A DNA stretch of 63,790 bases, counting the filler, from Aduncisulcus paluster (Eukaryota): assembly GCA_024181965.1 (NCBI GenBank). It is 12 parts of 12 records of this genome, joined end to end, with 100 filler letters (N's around TTAATTAATTAA, not from the genome) between each part and the next. Parts side by side here need not be neighbours in the genome. Positions count along the whole stretch, not along the records: positions 9,174 to 12,607 come from BQXS01011347.1; positions 12,708 to 17,253 come from BQXS01011349.1; positions 17,354 to 20,531 come from BQXS01011350.1; positions 20,632 to 36,958 come from BQXS01011351.1; 8 more parts are not named here. One strand, given 5' to 3'. This document shows, piece by piece, positions 10,471-20,632 of this stretch. Both the position numbers and the translations under genes were made by a program. The notes under the pieces were generated by a model. That model ran no database searches, was not told where the DNA came from, and worked only from the letters and a program-made list of their open reading frames with translations. How positions within the stretch are numbered: position 1 is the first letter of the stretch; the number at the start of each line of letters is the position of its first letter.

Positions 10471-11907
10471 ATGCACATTTCGAGAGCTCATTGGTCCAAA
10501 CAGACTGATGAAAAGACTTCTCCTGACTTTGATCTTTGTATTTCTTGCAAATACATTCCAAGGAGAATTGACAAGGCAAAGTTTGTTGAGAGTGTTGGAG
10601 AGGAAATAGCAAAGACTCTCCCAGGCTACATTTACGAGGATGAAACCATGCTTGCTATTGTTGCAGAGTTCATCATCTACCTCACCAACTTCCATCTCAA
10701 ACCTGTTACTATCTCTAGCTATGCTCTGCAACTAATCTTTTTAAAATCATTCATTGATTCTGAATACTCTCCAAATGTGTTCAAACGATGTGGACTTGGT
10801 TTCATTGCATCACGTTCACTTATAAGATCATATTCCATTCGAGCAGCTCCTAGTTCAGCAAGAAATATCACGTATGCACTCAAATTTGCTGGCCAACTCT
10901 TACAAGAGAAAAATCCCTTTTACAAGTCCCACGAGTATATCTCTCTCTTTAAGGAGATAAGAAGTTCTGCTTCTAGAAGACTTCATTCTCGAGAAATTAC
11001 AAGATCTATTGAAGAGGATGACATCCAAAAGATATACGCCAAGATTAAAAGAAATCTTGAACAAGCTTTGGCCTTGGATATCATCCAAGACTCGAATTTG
11101 CTGAAATTTCAACAGTATCTCTTTGGAGCCATGGTGGTTCTAACAACCCAAAGAGCCAATGCATTTTCAAAGCTGAAAATTGCTGATATCAAATCAATTG
11201 ATGGTCGTATGGCATTGTTTTTGGAAACCGGAAGAAAGAGAAACCATCGAGATGGTTTGTGTAGATACATTCTTGGAGATAATTGGGTCTATTTGGAAAA
11301 GTCTATCAAGTTATGGATATCTTCTCTCCGAAAACGGTTCTATGAACTAAATTGTTCACCAAGGTCATCCTCTACTCTTGCAGATTTGCCTTTCTTCTTC
11401 TCCTCTCACCTCAAACCTCTCTCCCAAATGACTGCCGGTTCATGGATGGATAAAATATGTGGAAGGCATATTACCATTACAGACTTTAGAAAAGGTATAA
11501 CTGAAGTTGCATTCAGCAGTGATTTCCTAACAGAAGATCAAAGTTGGGATATGGCTTTGAGAGGAGATCACACCAAAGCAACCATTCAGCATCATTATGT
11601 GAAGAATCGTTATGCCAAATCACAATCTTCTGATTTGTTAGATGATATGTTGTCTGGAGAGTTGAAAAGAAAGAGATTAAAAGAAAGAGAACATGAAAGA
11701 AGATCTCAAGATGTTGAAATGTCAAAGCCAACGAAGAGAAGACATGCTGATGAAGATGAAAGAACAGCTTTCGAACGTATTTTCCTTGATGAAGAAGAAA
11801 AATCAGATGGAGAAAGAAGAAGAAAGAAAGATTTTGATTCTTCAGGTATTGTCACTGTGAGCGAAGAAGAATCTGATAGCTATGATATTTTCCAAGGCAT
11901 TGAATAA
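10471..11907 (+). CDS. Tyrosine recombinase/integrase (478 aa)
   Basis: Catalytic motifs in order: TTQRANAFSKLKI (R), GRKRNH (K), ITDFRKGIT (xxxR), GDHTKATIQHHY (H...Y). The helical N-terminal region fits a core-binding domain. The upstream F/I-rich part of the track ORF is T-rich intron/UTR. Confidence 0.85.
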   Translation: MHISRAHWSKQTDEKTSPDFDLCISCKYIPRRIDKAKFVESVGEEIAKTLPGYIYEDETMLAIVAEFIIYLTNFHLKPVTISSYALQLIFLKSFIDSEYSPNVFKRCGLGFIASRSLIRSYSIRAAPSSARNITYALKFAGQLLQEKNPFYKSHEYISLFKEIRSSASRRLHSREITRSIEEDDIQKIYAKIKRNLEQALALDIIQDSNLLKFQQYLFGAMVVLTTQRANAFSKLKIADIKSIDGRMALFLETGRKRNHRDGLCRYILGDNWVYLEKSIKLWISSLRKRFYELNCSPRSSSTLADLPFFFSSHLKPLSQMTAGSWMDKICGRHITITDFRKGITEVAFSSDFLTEDQSWDMALRGDHTKATIQHHYVKNRYAKSQSSDLLDDMLSGELKRKRLKEREHERRSQDVEMSKPTKRRHADEDERTAFERIFLDEEEKSDGERRRKKDFDSSGIVTVSEEESDSYDIFQGIE

Positions 11908-12493
11908 TTGTTTTCTTGTGTGTTTTATTAATATAATCGAGTATCTATGAGAGTAAGTGAGTTTAAAATAGTTTTTCAAGGTTTATATTTTTTACTAATC
12001 TTATCTTCTTTCATATCATATCATGTAGGCCCTTGTCCAGTTTGAGAATAAACAGTCTACCTTTAAAGTTGAATTGAATTGTGAATGAAGATGGAATGGA
12101 TTTATTCTTGCATTCCTCACATGAATACATTTTCTCCCAAAAGTGGATTTATCTCTTCGTGTGATCTTTATATAAAGGAATGGTTATCATATTCAAAACC
12201 AACATTAAAAGTTGGCCCAGAGATGTCCAAACAGAATCTCACTAGGACCAGCAGATCGTGAGAAAACCAGCTACCAAGGATAGATGCACTTTAGTCACGT
12301 GTATAGATGTGTACAGTATAGTCGTGTACAGTAAGATTGACCAAAATAGCACTGTCACCACCGATTGGGTGAGAATTGACGGAAATCAATACACAAAATG
12401 AAATCGTGAGAATGAGTAGATGTTCTAAAAATAGATAAATTTTGAGTAACTCCAAGAATTCATGTCTAACCGGGTCAATATCGAGCAACTTTA

Positions 12494-12600
12494 GTGTACT
12501 TTACTGTACCTTACTGTACACAACTGTACACAACTGTACACAACTGTACATGTACAATTCAGTACAAATCAACCTTATATGTACACATGAGCGTACAGTA
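12494..12600. repeat. Tandem CTGTACACAA units and a dense GTAC/TGTACA palindrome cluster
   Basis: ctgtacacaactgtacacaactgtacacaactgtacatgtaca at ~12514-12556, with more GTAC sites from 12310 to 12600. Confidence 0.85.
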
Positions 12601-12707
12601 AAGTAGGNNNNNNNNNNNNNNNNNNNNNNNNNNNNNNNNNNNNNNNNNNNNTTAATTAATTAANNNNNNNNNNNNNNNNNNNNNNNNNNNNNNNNNNNNN
12701 NNNNNNN

Positions 12708-12995
12708 AATAGTGGTGGAGGTACCATTGGAGATCCCTTGTAGGTTCGAGATACGACCATCAAAGAGTTCTCTAACAAGAGGGTTCTTCTCATAAATATG
12801 AACAAGGACTTTTAAAGCAACATCCTTGGTCGGAATATTGTAGTTAATATCTCCAACTTGGAACTTCCTTTGGGAACCAAGAGAAACCAAGATCCCAAGA
12901 TCAGTTAGGAGGTTGGGGATATTGCTAGCAGAAAGTGACTCAAAAAGGCGACTAATTTCACCCGTTTCAATGGAGCTCTGCGCTTCCTCAGTCAT
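12708..12995 (-). CDS. Hypothetical protein, N-terminal fragment cut by a linker
   Basis: ATG in AAATG context; open to the contig edge. Confidence 0.65.
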
Positions 12996-13297
12996 TTAGA
13001 AAAAAGGTGTGCTGAAACCTAGAAACAAATAAAAATATTATGTAATTAGGTAACTAGAGCTAAAAAGCAATACAAAATCAGTATCAAAAAGGAAACTAAA
13101 ATTTGTATGGTGAGCCAAATTCTCCGTAAATGTTCTATGAACATAATTTAAATAAACCATTGTAATATATTTATTAATCGCTTTCGCAAAGCAATATATT
13201 AGCTTCAAAAATTTTGTAGCCGCTGATATTTGCCGAAATATACAGGATATCATGAAAATGTCACTTTTGCATTCATAATTATCAATTAATCCATCCA

Positions 13298-16200
13298 TTA
13301 TTTGCGCCTTTCATTCTCACACACGACGTTGAGAAGTTTTTTGATGACAATGACAGGACTTTCAGGGTGGTATTGGCCAATCATCCAGAACAAAGCTTCG
13401 AGATGTTCATCCGAGAACATAAATTTATATATATTCGATATAAACCACTCAGATAACCAAGCAAAGTGATCTTTCTGTCCATATCCACAATCCAAACTCT
13501 TGTAATTGATTGACAACGTATGCATTCCAGCAGATGATTTGGAATCGTGTTCTTTCTTCATGAATAGCAAATGAGGAAAACATTGTTGGCACGGGTCCAT
13601 TTTGAGACTTTCTCTGCCTTCAGTATCACGTATCAATAACTTTCTAATCCAATCAGCTGCCTTTTGGGCATTTCCTTGCAGCCTCAACTCTCCAATAATG
13701 ATATCTTTCAACCCCAATTGGCTTAAATACTCACATTCCAACAATGTACGTGGGTCCAATATCCTTCCAACCTCTTTGTGATCCATTTTCTCCTGCTTGC
13801 ACACATCACCACACATGAGAGCAGCCGCCGTCGAGATATCCTTAACATGTTCGAGATGTTTATCACGAGCAGTCGGTTGTTCCTCGAAAATCATTGACGA
13901 TTCGTCAGATGCAGCCAGATGAGAGAATGAATATGCAGCTTCTGCACATAACATGCAGATCTTCCTCTGTTCGTCCTCGGGGGCATGTCTGATCAGCTGA
14001 GTTTGAGCAAGGGTGAGAATCGAAGAGGAAAAGAGAGATTTCACAGATTTAAGGGTTGTGAGCTGCGAACAGAATATACAACATTCAGCCACAGTAAGAA
14101 CAACAGTGGAAAAAATGGGGAGAATGGAAGGACGACAGAAAGGGAAGTATGACATTCCACCATGAACTATAGGAGAGAGATGTACTTGGTCTTCTTCAAC
14201 ATCTCCCTCTTCTTCTTTCAACGCTTCCTCCTTGACACTCTTTTTCACAATAAGACCTTGATGTTGCTTTGCTTGTTGATATTTCAACTCTTTGTCAATC
14301 GCTAACACTACAAGACTAACCAATTCTCCAGCTCTAACACAGACTTTCCTGATCTCACCACGCATCCTGTCAATCTCCATGCTTCCATTCTCCAGAACAA
14401 GCAGACAGAACGAGTAGAAAGGAAGCAGACACGAAGCACTGGCAAATATTTCTCGAATTAATTGCAAACAATGGGATATAATCAACGGTGGAAGGGGGTA
14501 AGTGGGGGAAGGAGCTGCTGCATGCTGAGATCCAGACGACTGAAGGGTTCTGCCGAGCGATGCAGCACACACGGACATAATTGAATGTGTTTCTACAAAC
14601 ATATTGTGGGGATATCCAAGCATCATTGTTCTACCAGCCTCAGCCGCAGCTTTTACGGCTGCCATTTGCTTGGTCGATGGGACTTGGGCAGACATCATGA
14701 AGGTCATATGTTTTTGCCCTCTTCTATGAGCACATTTCACGACTCCGTAAACTTTCCTCCAAAGATTGGTGAGACACATTATCCGAGTGTCAAAAACATT
14801 CCTAATGTTGGGGCTCCAGTCCTCAATGAAATAGCTAAAGTCCAATGATGAGACAGATCGAGAGGAAGTGGAGCGTGAGGATGACACAGTGGAGCGTGAG
14901 GATGACACAGTGGAGCGTGAGGATGACACAGTGGAGCGTGAGGATGGAGATCTGGAAGGAGAGGTACTTCGACTCCGACTCACACTCTGACCAGATGAAC
15001 GAGATGTTCTCGAAGCCGATTTTGAAGAGGTAGAAGAAGAGAGAGATGACCTTGATGAACCATTAATCATACCAATGTTTGCACCGATAGCTCGAGTGAA
15101 TCTGTCCCGTTTCTTTTCAGGGATCGAATTTAATATTCTAGCCAATTGATGAGGGGCACATGAAATGACACCCTGGGCGATTGTTTTACGAACAAAGAAG
15201 ATCCCTGCAAAGGAAGAACGATGGACATAACCCCAGATACATTTACACAGCACATCTATCTGATATTGCAGTCCTGTTGCCATGTTTGTAATCATAGAGG
15301 TTGACTGTGTTGTGTGCACGGTTGAGGAGATAAGCAGGATTATTGTCTGTCGTTGTGATGGCTGTGATGTCATCTTAACAGCTGAAACATGCTCACTCAT
15401 ACTCTTCCTCTTTCTCGTCCGCTTACTCAGTACAAGGGCTTGGGAATTTGTTGATGATGTTGATGCATGCTGAGGCGTTTTAGGAGAATTTGGCTGACTC
15501 TGAACCTTATCAACTGTTGCATCCTTTTTTTTATCCTTTTTACCCTCACTCTCATCCTTTTTACCCTCAATTCGACGTTCTAATTGAACTTTGCCAACCC
15601 ATTTATCCTTGTTTTTCTGTGGAACTTCTTTTGATTTTGTAAATGGATAGATATTCCGATGAAGGGTGTGCGCATCAGGGAATAATGCGAATGAAAGAGA
15701 AGAAATCAAGAATAACGAAGTTGGAGATGAAATAAGACTCGAAATAGTCGGTAAAATGAAACGATATGACGGAAACATTGACTTAAATGTCGGATATAAT
15801 ATTTTTTTCTTTCTGTTAACCCTAGATCCAGGCTCGATTTCCATCGTATCATCCAAATCAAGCTGATGGTCTAGATATTCCTCAGGATACAAGTGACTAA
15901 GAATCCACTGGCAATCTGTGGAATCCCATGCCCACATCAACTCTTCCTCGTTCTCTGGTTCACCTTCTCTCATCGAAGCTCTGCTCTGATCCCAATGAAG
16001 AGGGTGGAATAGACTATGGAGCAACATCCATCGATCCTCCTCTTTCCTTCCCTTCATGATGGCAGTACCGACACGCAGACATGTCGAAAATAGGGAGATC
16101 ACACCACTTTTAATCCCATAATGGATAGGTATCACGTGACTACCATAATCACAATCAACAGAAGATGTGACAGAGTGTTCATTCTCATACGAAAGGGACG

Positions 16201-17239
16201 GAGATGGAGAGACAGACCGGCCCGATATCGATGAAATTGTTGACAAGGAAACAAGGGCATCTTTCGATTCAACATGATTTGAAGTGTTACCCACGGGATG
16301 GGGTTGGTCATGCTCAAATTGGATAGATCCGAAAACAACTCTTTCCTCACAGCTTGGAACAATATCAGAACCCTGAGGAGATCCAAGGATACTGTTGCTA
16401 TTATTATTAGAAAGATCAGTTTGATGGAAGCTTCGGTGTGGAGAAGGTTGATCAACATACATGATAGTCTTCCTTTGGAATGGCATCCCTGACCCGACAA
16501 TGCAAGCACACCACAGCATAATCATTGAAAGATCGCTTGGAGGTATGCATGACAATAATGGATGGAGGAGAGCAATTATATGAGAGAGGACAAGTGAAGC
16601 TGAAAACGAGGATTCTGCAGTGCATATTGGGGCTGAGCAACAACTATTTACATGGATTGGATACTTCATCCACACGGCTTTTCTAACACTCTTGAAATGA
16701 GAGAAAGGGTGTGAAATAATATCCAACAAAGGATGGAGAATGCTTCTTCTAACCAATGAAGAAGCTACATAAACATATGTAAGCAAATGTATGGGAATTT
16801 CATGTTTTTGCTTGGCTAATGTCTCTGTGAGGGATGCAGGAGCACATCTTGGAGCATTAAACACGGTTCTAACACTTCTAACACTCGAATGGAGCTGATC
16901 ATGATCATCCAATGGGGCACTGTTTCTCTTCCTCTCTTCCTCCATTTCCTCTTCTTTCTCTTTCTTCTCTTTCTTCTCTTTTTTTCTTTCGACAGCATCC
17001 TCTTCTTCCTTTTCTTTCCACCGACGCTTTCCTACACTGTCAAGATCATCAGTGTCGATTTCTATCATCTCAGCGGCACTGATTTTGTTCTTCTTCCGTT
17101 CTAATATTCTTTTTTTAGCTTCATTTTCTTTTCTCATTTGTTCATTCTGAATCCTTGTCCGTTCTTTGCGTTCTTTCTTCTCCTTCTCAGACAGCGAGGC
17201 ACTGGTCTTGGCAAAGACATGCCCAATATCTATCATCAT
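13298..17239 (-). CDS. Large hypothetical protein (>1300 aa), probably 5'-truncated, with Ser-rich and charged low-complexity segments
   Basis: Long ORF starting next to a contig edge; no family recognised. Confidence 0.8.
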   Translation of the reverse strand: MMIDIGHVFAKTSASLSEKEKKERKERTRIQNEQMRKENEAKKRILERKKNKISAAEMIEIDTDDLDSVGKRRWKEKEEEDAVERKKEKKEKKEKEEEMEEERKRNSAPLDDHDQLHSSVRSVRTVFNAPRCAPASLTETLAKQKHEIPIHLLTYVYVASSLVRRSILHPLLDIISHPFSHFKSVRKAVWMKYPIHVNSCCSAPICTAESSFSASLVLSHIIALLHPLLSCIPPSDLSMIMLWCACIVGSGMPFQRKTIMYVDQPSPHRSFHQTDLSNNNSNSILGSPQGSDIVPSCEERVVFGSIQFEHDQPHPVGNTSNHVESKDALVSLSTISSISGRSVSPSPSLSYENEHSVTSSVDCDYGSHVIPIHYGIKSGVISLFSTCLRVGTAIMKGRKEEDRWMLLHSLFHPLHWDQSRASMREGEPENEEELMWAWDSTDCQWILSHLYPEEYLDHQLDLDDTMEIEPGSRVNRKKKILYPTFKSMFPSYRFILPTISSLISSPTSLFLISSLSFALFPDAHTLHRNIYPFTKSKEVPQKNKDKWVGKVQLERRIEGKKDESEGKKDKKKDATVDKVQSQPNSPKTPQHASTSSTNSQALVLSKRTRKRKSMSEHVSAVKMTSQPSQRQTIILLISSTVHTTQSTSMITNMATGLQYQIDVLCKCIWGYVHRSSFAGIFFVRKTIAQGVISCAPHQLARILNSIPEKKRDRFTRAIGANIGMINGSSRSSLSSSTSSKSASRTSRSSGQSVSRSRSTSPSRSPSSRSTVSSSRSTVSSSRSTVSSSRSTSSRSVSSLDFSYFIEDWSPNIRNVFDTRIMCLTNLWRKVYGVVKCAHRRGQKHMTFMMSAQVPSTKQMAAVKAAAEAGRTMMLGYPHNMFVETHSIMSVCAASLGRTLQSSGSQHAAAPSPTYPLPPLIISHCLQLIREIFASASCLLPFYSFCLLVLENGSMEIDRMRGEIRKVCVRAGELVSLVVLAIDKELKYQQAKQHQGLIVKKSVKEEALKEEEGDVEEDQVHLSPIVHGGMSYFPFCRPSILPIFSTVVLTVAECCIFCSQLTTLKSVKSLFSSSILTLAQTQLIRHAPEDEQRKICMLCAEAAYSFSHLAASDESSMIFEEQPTARDKHLEHVKDISTAAALMCGDVCKQEKMDHKEVGRILDPRTLLECEYLSQLGLKDIIIGELRLQGNAQKAADWIRKLLIRDTEGRESLKMDPCQQCFPHLLFMKKEHDSKSSAGMHTLSINYKSLDCGYGQKDHFAWLSEWFISNIYKFMFSDEHLEALFWMIGQYHPESPVIVIKKLLNVVCENERRK
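14868..14945. repeat. 21-nt coding tandem repeat (~3.5 copies) encoding STVSSSR
   Basis: gtggagcgtgaggatgacaca repeated. Confidence 0.9.
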
Positions 17240-18187
17240 GCCTGTAATCGATGNNNNNNNNNNNNNNNNNNNNNNNNNNNNNNNNNNNNNNNNNNNNTTA
17301 ATTAATTAANNNNNNNNNNNNNNNNNNNNNNNNNNNNNNNNNNNNNNNNNNNNAATATATTAGATCTATTTGATGATACAATCAAAATCACTCCCAAATA
17401 CAGATGACACTTATAATTTACACATCATTTGAATACCCACAATATTATTATGTTCTCATTCAACCAGAAAAAACCTTTTTTTGAATGGCACAGGTTACAT
17501 CGATTTCTAAATTAATGTCGTATGAATCATAGTGTGAAAAATATTATTGCCCGGATCAATAAAAAATTAATAATAGTCCGGGTGAAGTGGAACTTCCAAC
17601 CAGCGGTGCCGACTGTAATTGAAATCAAAACAAACAAATAAAAATACGCTTGTAGTAATAAATTATGAACCTCGATTTATTTAAAACAGTGTTTCAGTAG
17701 AGATTCCAAGAAATCAGATTCTAGGATTCTTGTGACAACAACACAGGTAGCTTTTTAAATTTGCGTATATCGAATAAATGAACATGGAAACACATTGATA
17801 CAAATTGGATCAAGATTTTGAAATTGATAAATTTATGAATATCATATACCTCTGTACAAATATGAAGAATTCGATCCACTTGCTATACCCCATGAATGTG
17901 TTTGGCTGCGTTTGTAATTTGATCTATAAATTGTAATCCCAGACCACAGAAATATTAATGAAAATGAAAAAATCTTAATTTGTATGAATAGGAGTATTTC
18001 AATTTCCAAAAAAAAAAACTACTATGTCGCACTTTTGATTTTTTTTTTCGCTGAAATTGGAGTGCAATCTATAAAATCGTGCATTCATAACTTGATTTCA
18101 TTTCTACGTATGTTTTTCCTTTCTTGAAGATTTTATTTACGTACAATTTGAAAAATTTTGCACCCTTTGCCATATTTTGAATTAATT

Positions 18188-19298
18188 ATGTCATCTTTAT
18201 CGCAAAACCCATCAGAAAATGGATTCTCACAAACAATACCGGTCCAACATTCGCAATTAGCTATCGATCCTTCAACGAATTCTGATGCCACAAATTCTTT
18301 TTTATCTACACCCGTTTTGTCACCTCCATTGCTCCAACTGCTACAAATCCATATGTGCCTCCTACAAGATCGGCAATTCCTTCCGCTCCCTTGCCATGTG
18401 GCAGTGCAGAAGAGTGGTTCTTATTTATTGCCAATGGAATTAAAAGTTTTAGACAAAATGTCATAGGTGAAATGCAGGCCGTTTCTAGGGGTGTTATACG
18501 GACGCGAGAGTCCTTAGTTGAACTTGATCGAAAAATCGCCAGCATGAATAGCAGAATTATTTCTCTAGAAAAATCATCTGAAGAAATCAAGAAAGAAATA
18601 AGTGGAATGTCTGATCCCTTCTCAATTTCCCCAAGTCCGACTTGTCGAGTCGAGCTAAAGAACTTAAGTCAACCATTGAAGTATATGAGAAGAGGTTTCT
18701 TGATGTTGTGAAAATCACCACAAGACATTTACTACGAGAAGCCCTTCTCCCATCGTCTGAGCGATCAAAATGTGATGTTCGTGAATTTGTTGTCCAGGCA
18801 ATTGATCATGAAGCTATTCCAACGTCTGTTCAAACATACATTGCGAGATTATCCGGCAGAGAACGTGAGAGTTTTATCGGCGAGATTGTTAAACGATCAA
18901 GGGCCGCTTTCAACAATCTAAAGCGATATACAAAGGCTACTAGGGAAAAATTTCGTCTTTTTTTCCATGGGAGAGCCGCACACTTATGGGATAACGAGCT
19001 TTTCGATCCTTGGGTTGAAACTGGAAAGTTTATTGTCGTTGAGAGAACTTCATCGGCGCATTCTTCGGAACATCATGAAAATACATCACAGTCAGGGTCC
19101 CCTGGTACTAGAGATGCGGGTCATGGTAGCGATGAAGGAGGGCATGGTACGAGTGATAGTACCGCTGTGGAGGATAGATCGGTTGATACAGAACTTCTAA
19201 GAATGCAACGCGAGTCACACCGTAGAGAAATGGAAACCCAACGATTGGAAACCTTGCAAGAATCTCAAAGGAGCAGAGAACCTGATTTCTGGCAGTGA
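18188..19298 (+). pseudogene. Coiled-coil protein gene split over three frames by two successive -1 shifts (pseudogene, sequence error or recoded gene)
   Basis: ORFs 18188-18466, 18355-18711 and 18642-19298 overlap, each -1 relative to the previous one, and read as one protein. Confidence 0.55.
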
Positions 19299-19306
19299 TT
19301 TACAAC

Positions 19307-19869
19307 TCAAAAATCAAGATTTATTGCAGGTAAGTCGATCTTCCCGAAGTTGTCACAAAAATACAATGGAACCACAACCTCATTTGGGCTGCACAAACGA
19401 GCTGTTGAAAGAAAAATCGATTTGTCATACTGAATCCCAAAAGCTCGAGTCATATTCAAAGGAAACACAAATTCTTCTTCTTCGTACTCATAGATGGCAA
19501 TAGAAAAGGTCATAATAATTCTTTTCCTTCTCAATCTCTTACATTTGCGTTTTCCAGTTCCAATATAGAGCTCTTTATCTGACCAAAAGAATACACCCTT
19601 GTGGGCACGAAATTCGGTCGGTTTTGGACGAGAGATTAGCTGCAACTTTAGGGAAGAGATTTCTGCTGCTTTTCGATGATACTTATTGGCAGAGAGAATG
19701 AAGTGTTGCCTCTTGTTACTCCTCTCCCACACTGAGGTATCAAGGTTTGCTGGCCGACCTTGGAAAAAGAGAAAAAGAAAAACAGGATTGCTCCACAAAG
19801 GATTGAGGGAATTAGAAAAACAAACAAAAAAAAACAAACAGAGAAATGTCAAAAACAAGTATGAGACAT
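19307..19869 (-). CDS. Spliced hypothetical basic protein (MSHTCRPANLD...)
   Basis: Exon 19869-19857, intron 19856-19759 (GTTTTT...CTAAT...polypyrimidine tract...AAG, phase 1 consistent), exon 19758-19307. Confidence 0.55.
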
Positions 19870-19914
19870 TTTCAGAAAATTCTCTCACGAAGACAATAAA
19901 AAAGAAAATTAAAA

Positions 19915-20531
19915 CTATTTAGCTATTTCTGCAAGACTGAGGAAAATTTCTTCAAGGGATACTGTCGAAACGGTCCAATCATCAATCTTTCCTCGTTTCT
20001 GAGCTTGCTCAAGAGAAGACGCCACAGATCCGAGAGACACACCCTTGCTGGGGGCAGCGTATATCATTGTTGTGAACATTTGATCAACAAGCATGATTTT
20101 GCGCTTAACAGCCTTCTCCACTACTTCCTCGGCTTCGTCCATCTGTTCGTCAGAATCACCGGCAGCAATGACGGTTACACGATAACCGGTTCCATGCTCA
20201 GACTTAATTTCTTGTGCGGTTCCCAAAGCCTTGATTATACCTTCATCCATGATGCAGATTCTGTCAGCAAGGGCTTCAGCTTCCTCGAGACTGTGGGTAT
20301 TGAGAAGGATGGTGGGATTGACAACACGGCCATCGGGGAGAGTGACTGTCCTCTTCTTCACATCTTCAATGAGAGTCCAGAGGGTTCTCCTACTCTCGGG
20401 GTCCAGACCAGTGCTGCACTCATCGAGCAAGAGGAAAGCAGGGTTACCAGCGAGACTGAGACCAATGTTGAGACGACGGGCCATACCTCCACTGTAGGTC
20501 TTGGATTGTTTGTTACCGAAAGCAGTCAAAC
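19915..20531 (-). CDS. ABC transporter subfamily A, C-terminal part of a nucleotide-binding domain (5'-truncated)
   Basis: YSGGMARRL signature, LLLDECSTGLDP Walker B/D-loop, THSLEEAEALADRI, SLEEIFL. Confidence 0.92.
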
Positions 20532-20632
20532 NNNNNNNNNNNNNNNNNNNNNNNNNNNNNNNNNNNNNNNNNNNNTTAATTAATTAANNNNNNNNNNNNN
20601 NNNNNNNNNNNNNNNNNNNNNNNNNNNNNNNA

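Larger units (their letters stand above)
9174..12607. mobile_element. Putative tyrosine-recombinase-bearing DNA element (Crypton-like or endogenous virus-like), boundaries unresolved
   Basis: The contig has no host housekeeping gene. It carries a YR ORF, a degraded opposite-strand ORF, a CA-rich left end and TGTACA repeats at the right end. Confidence 0.5.

Noticed and set aside
14868-14945. Short direct repeats as a CRISPR-like array
   Set aside because: Head-to-tail coding repeats without spacers, in a eukaryotic gene.
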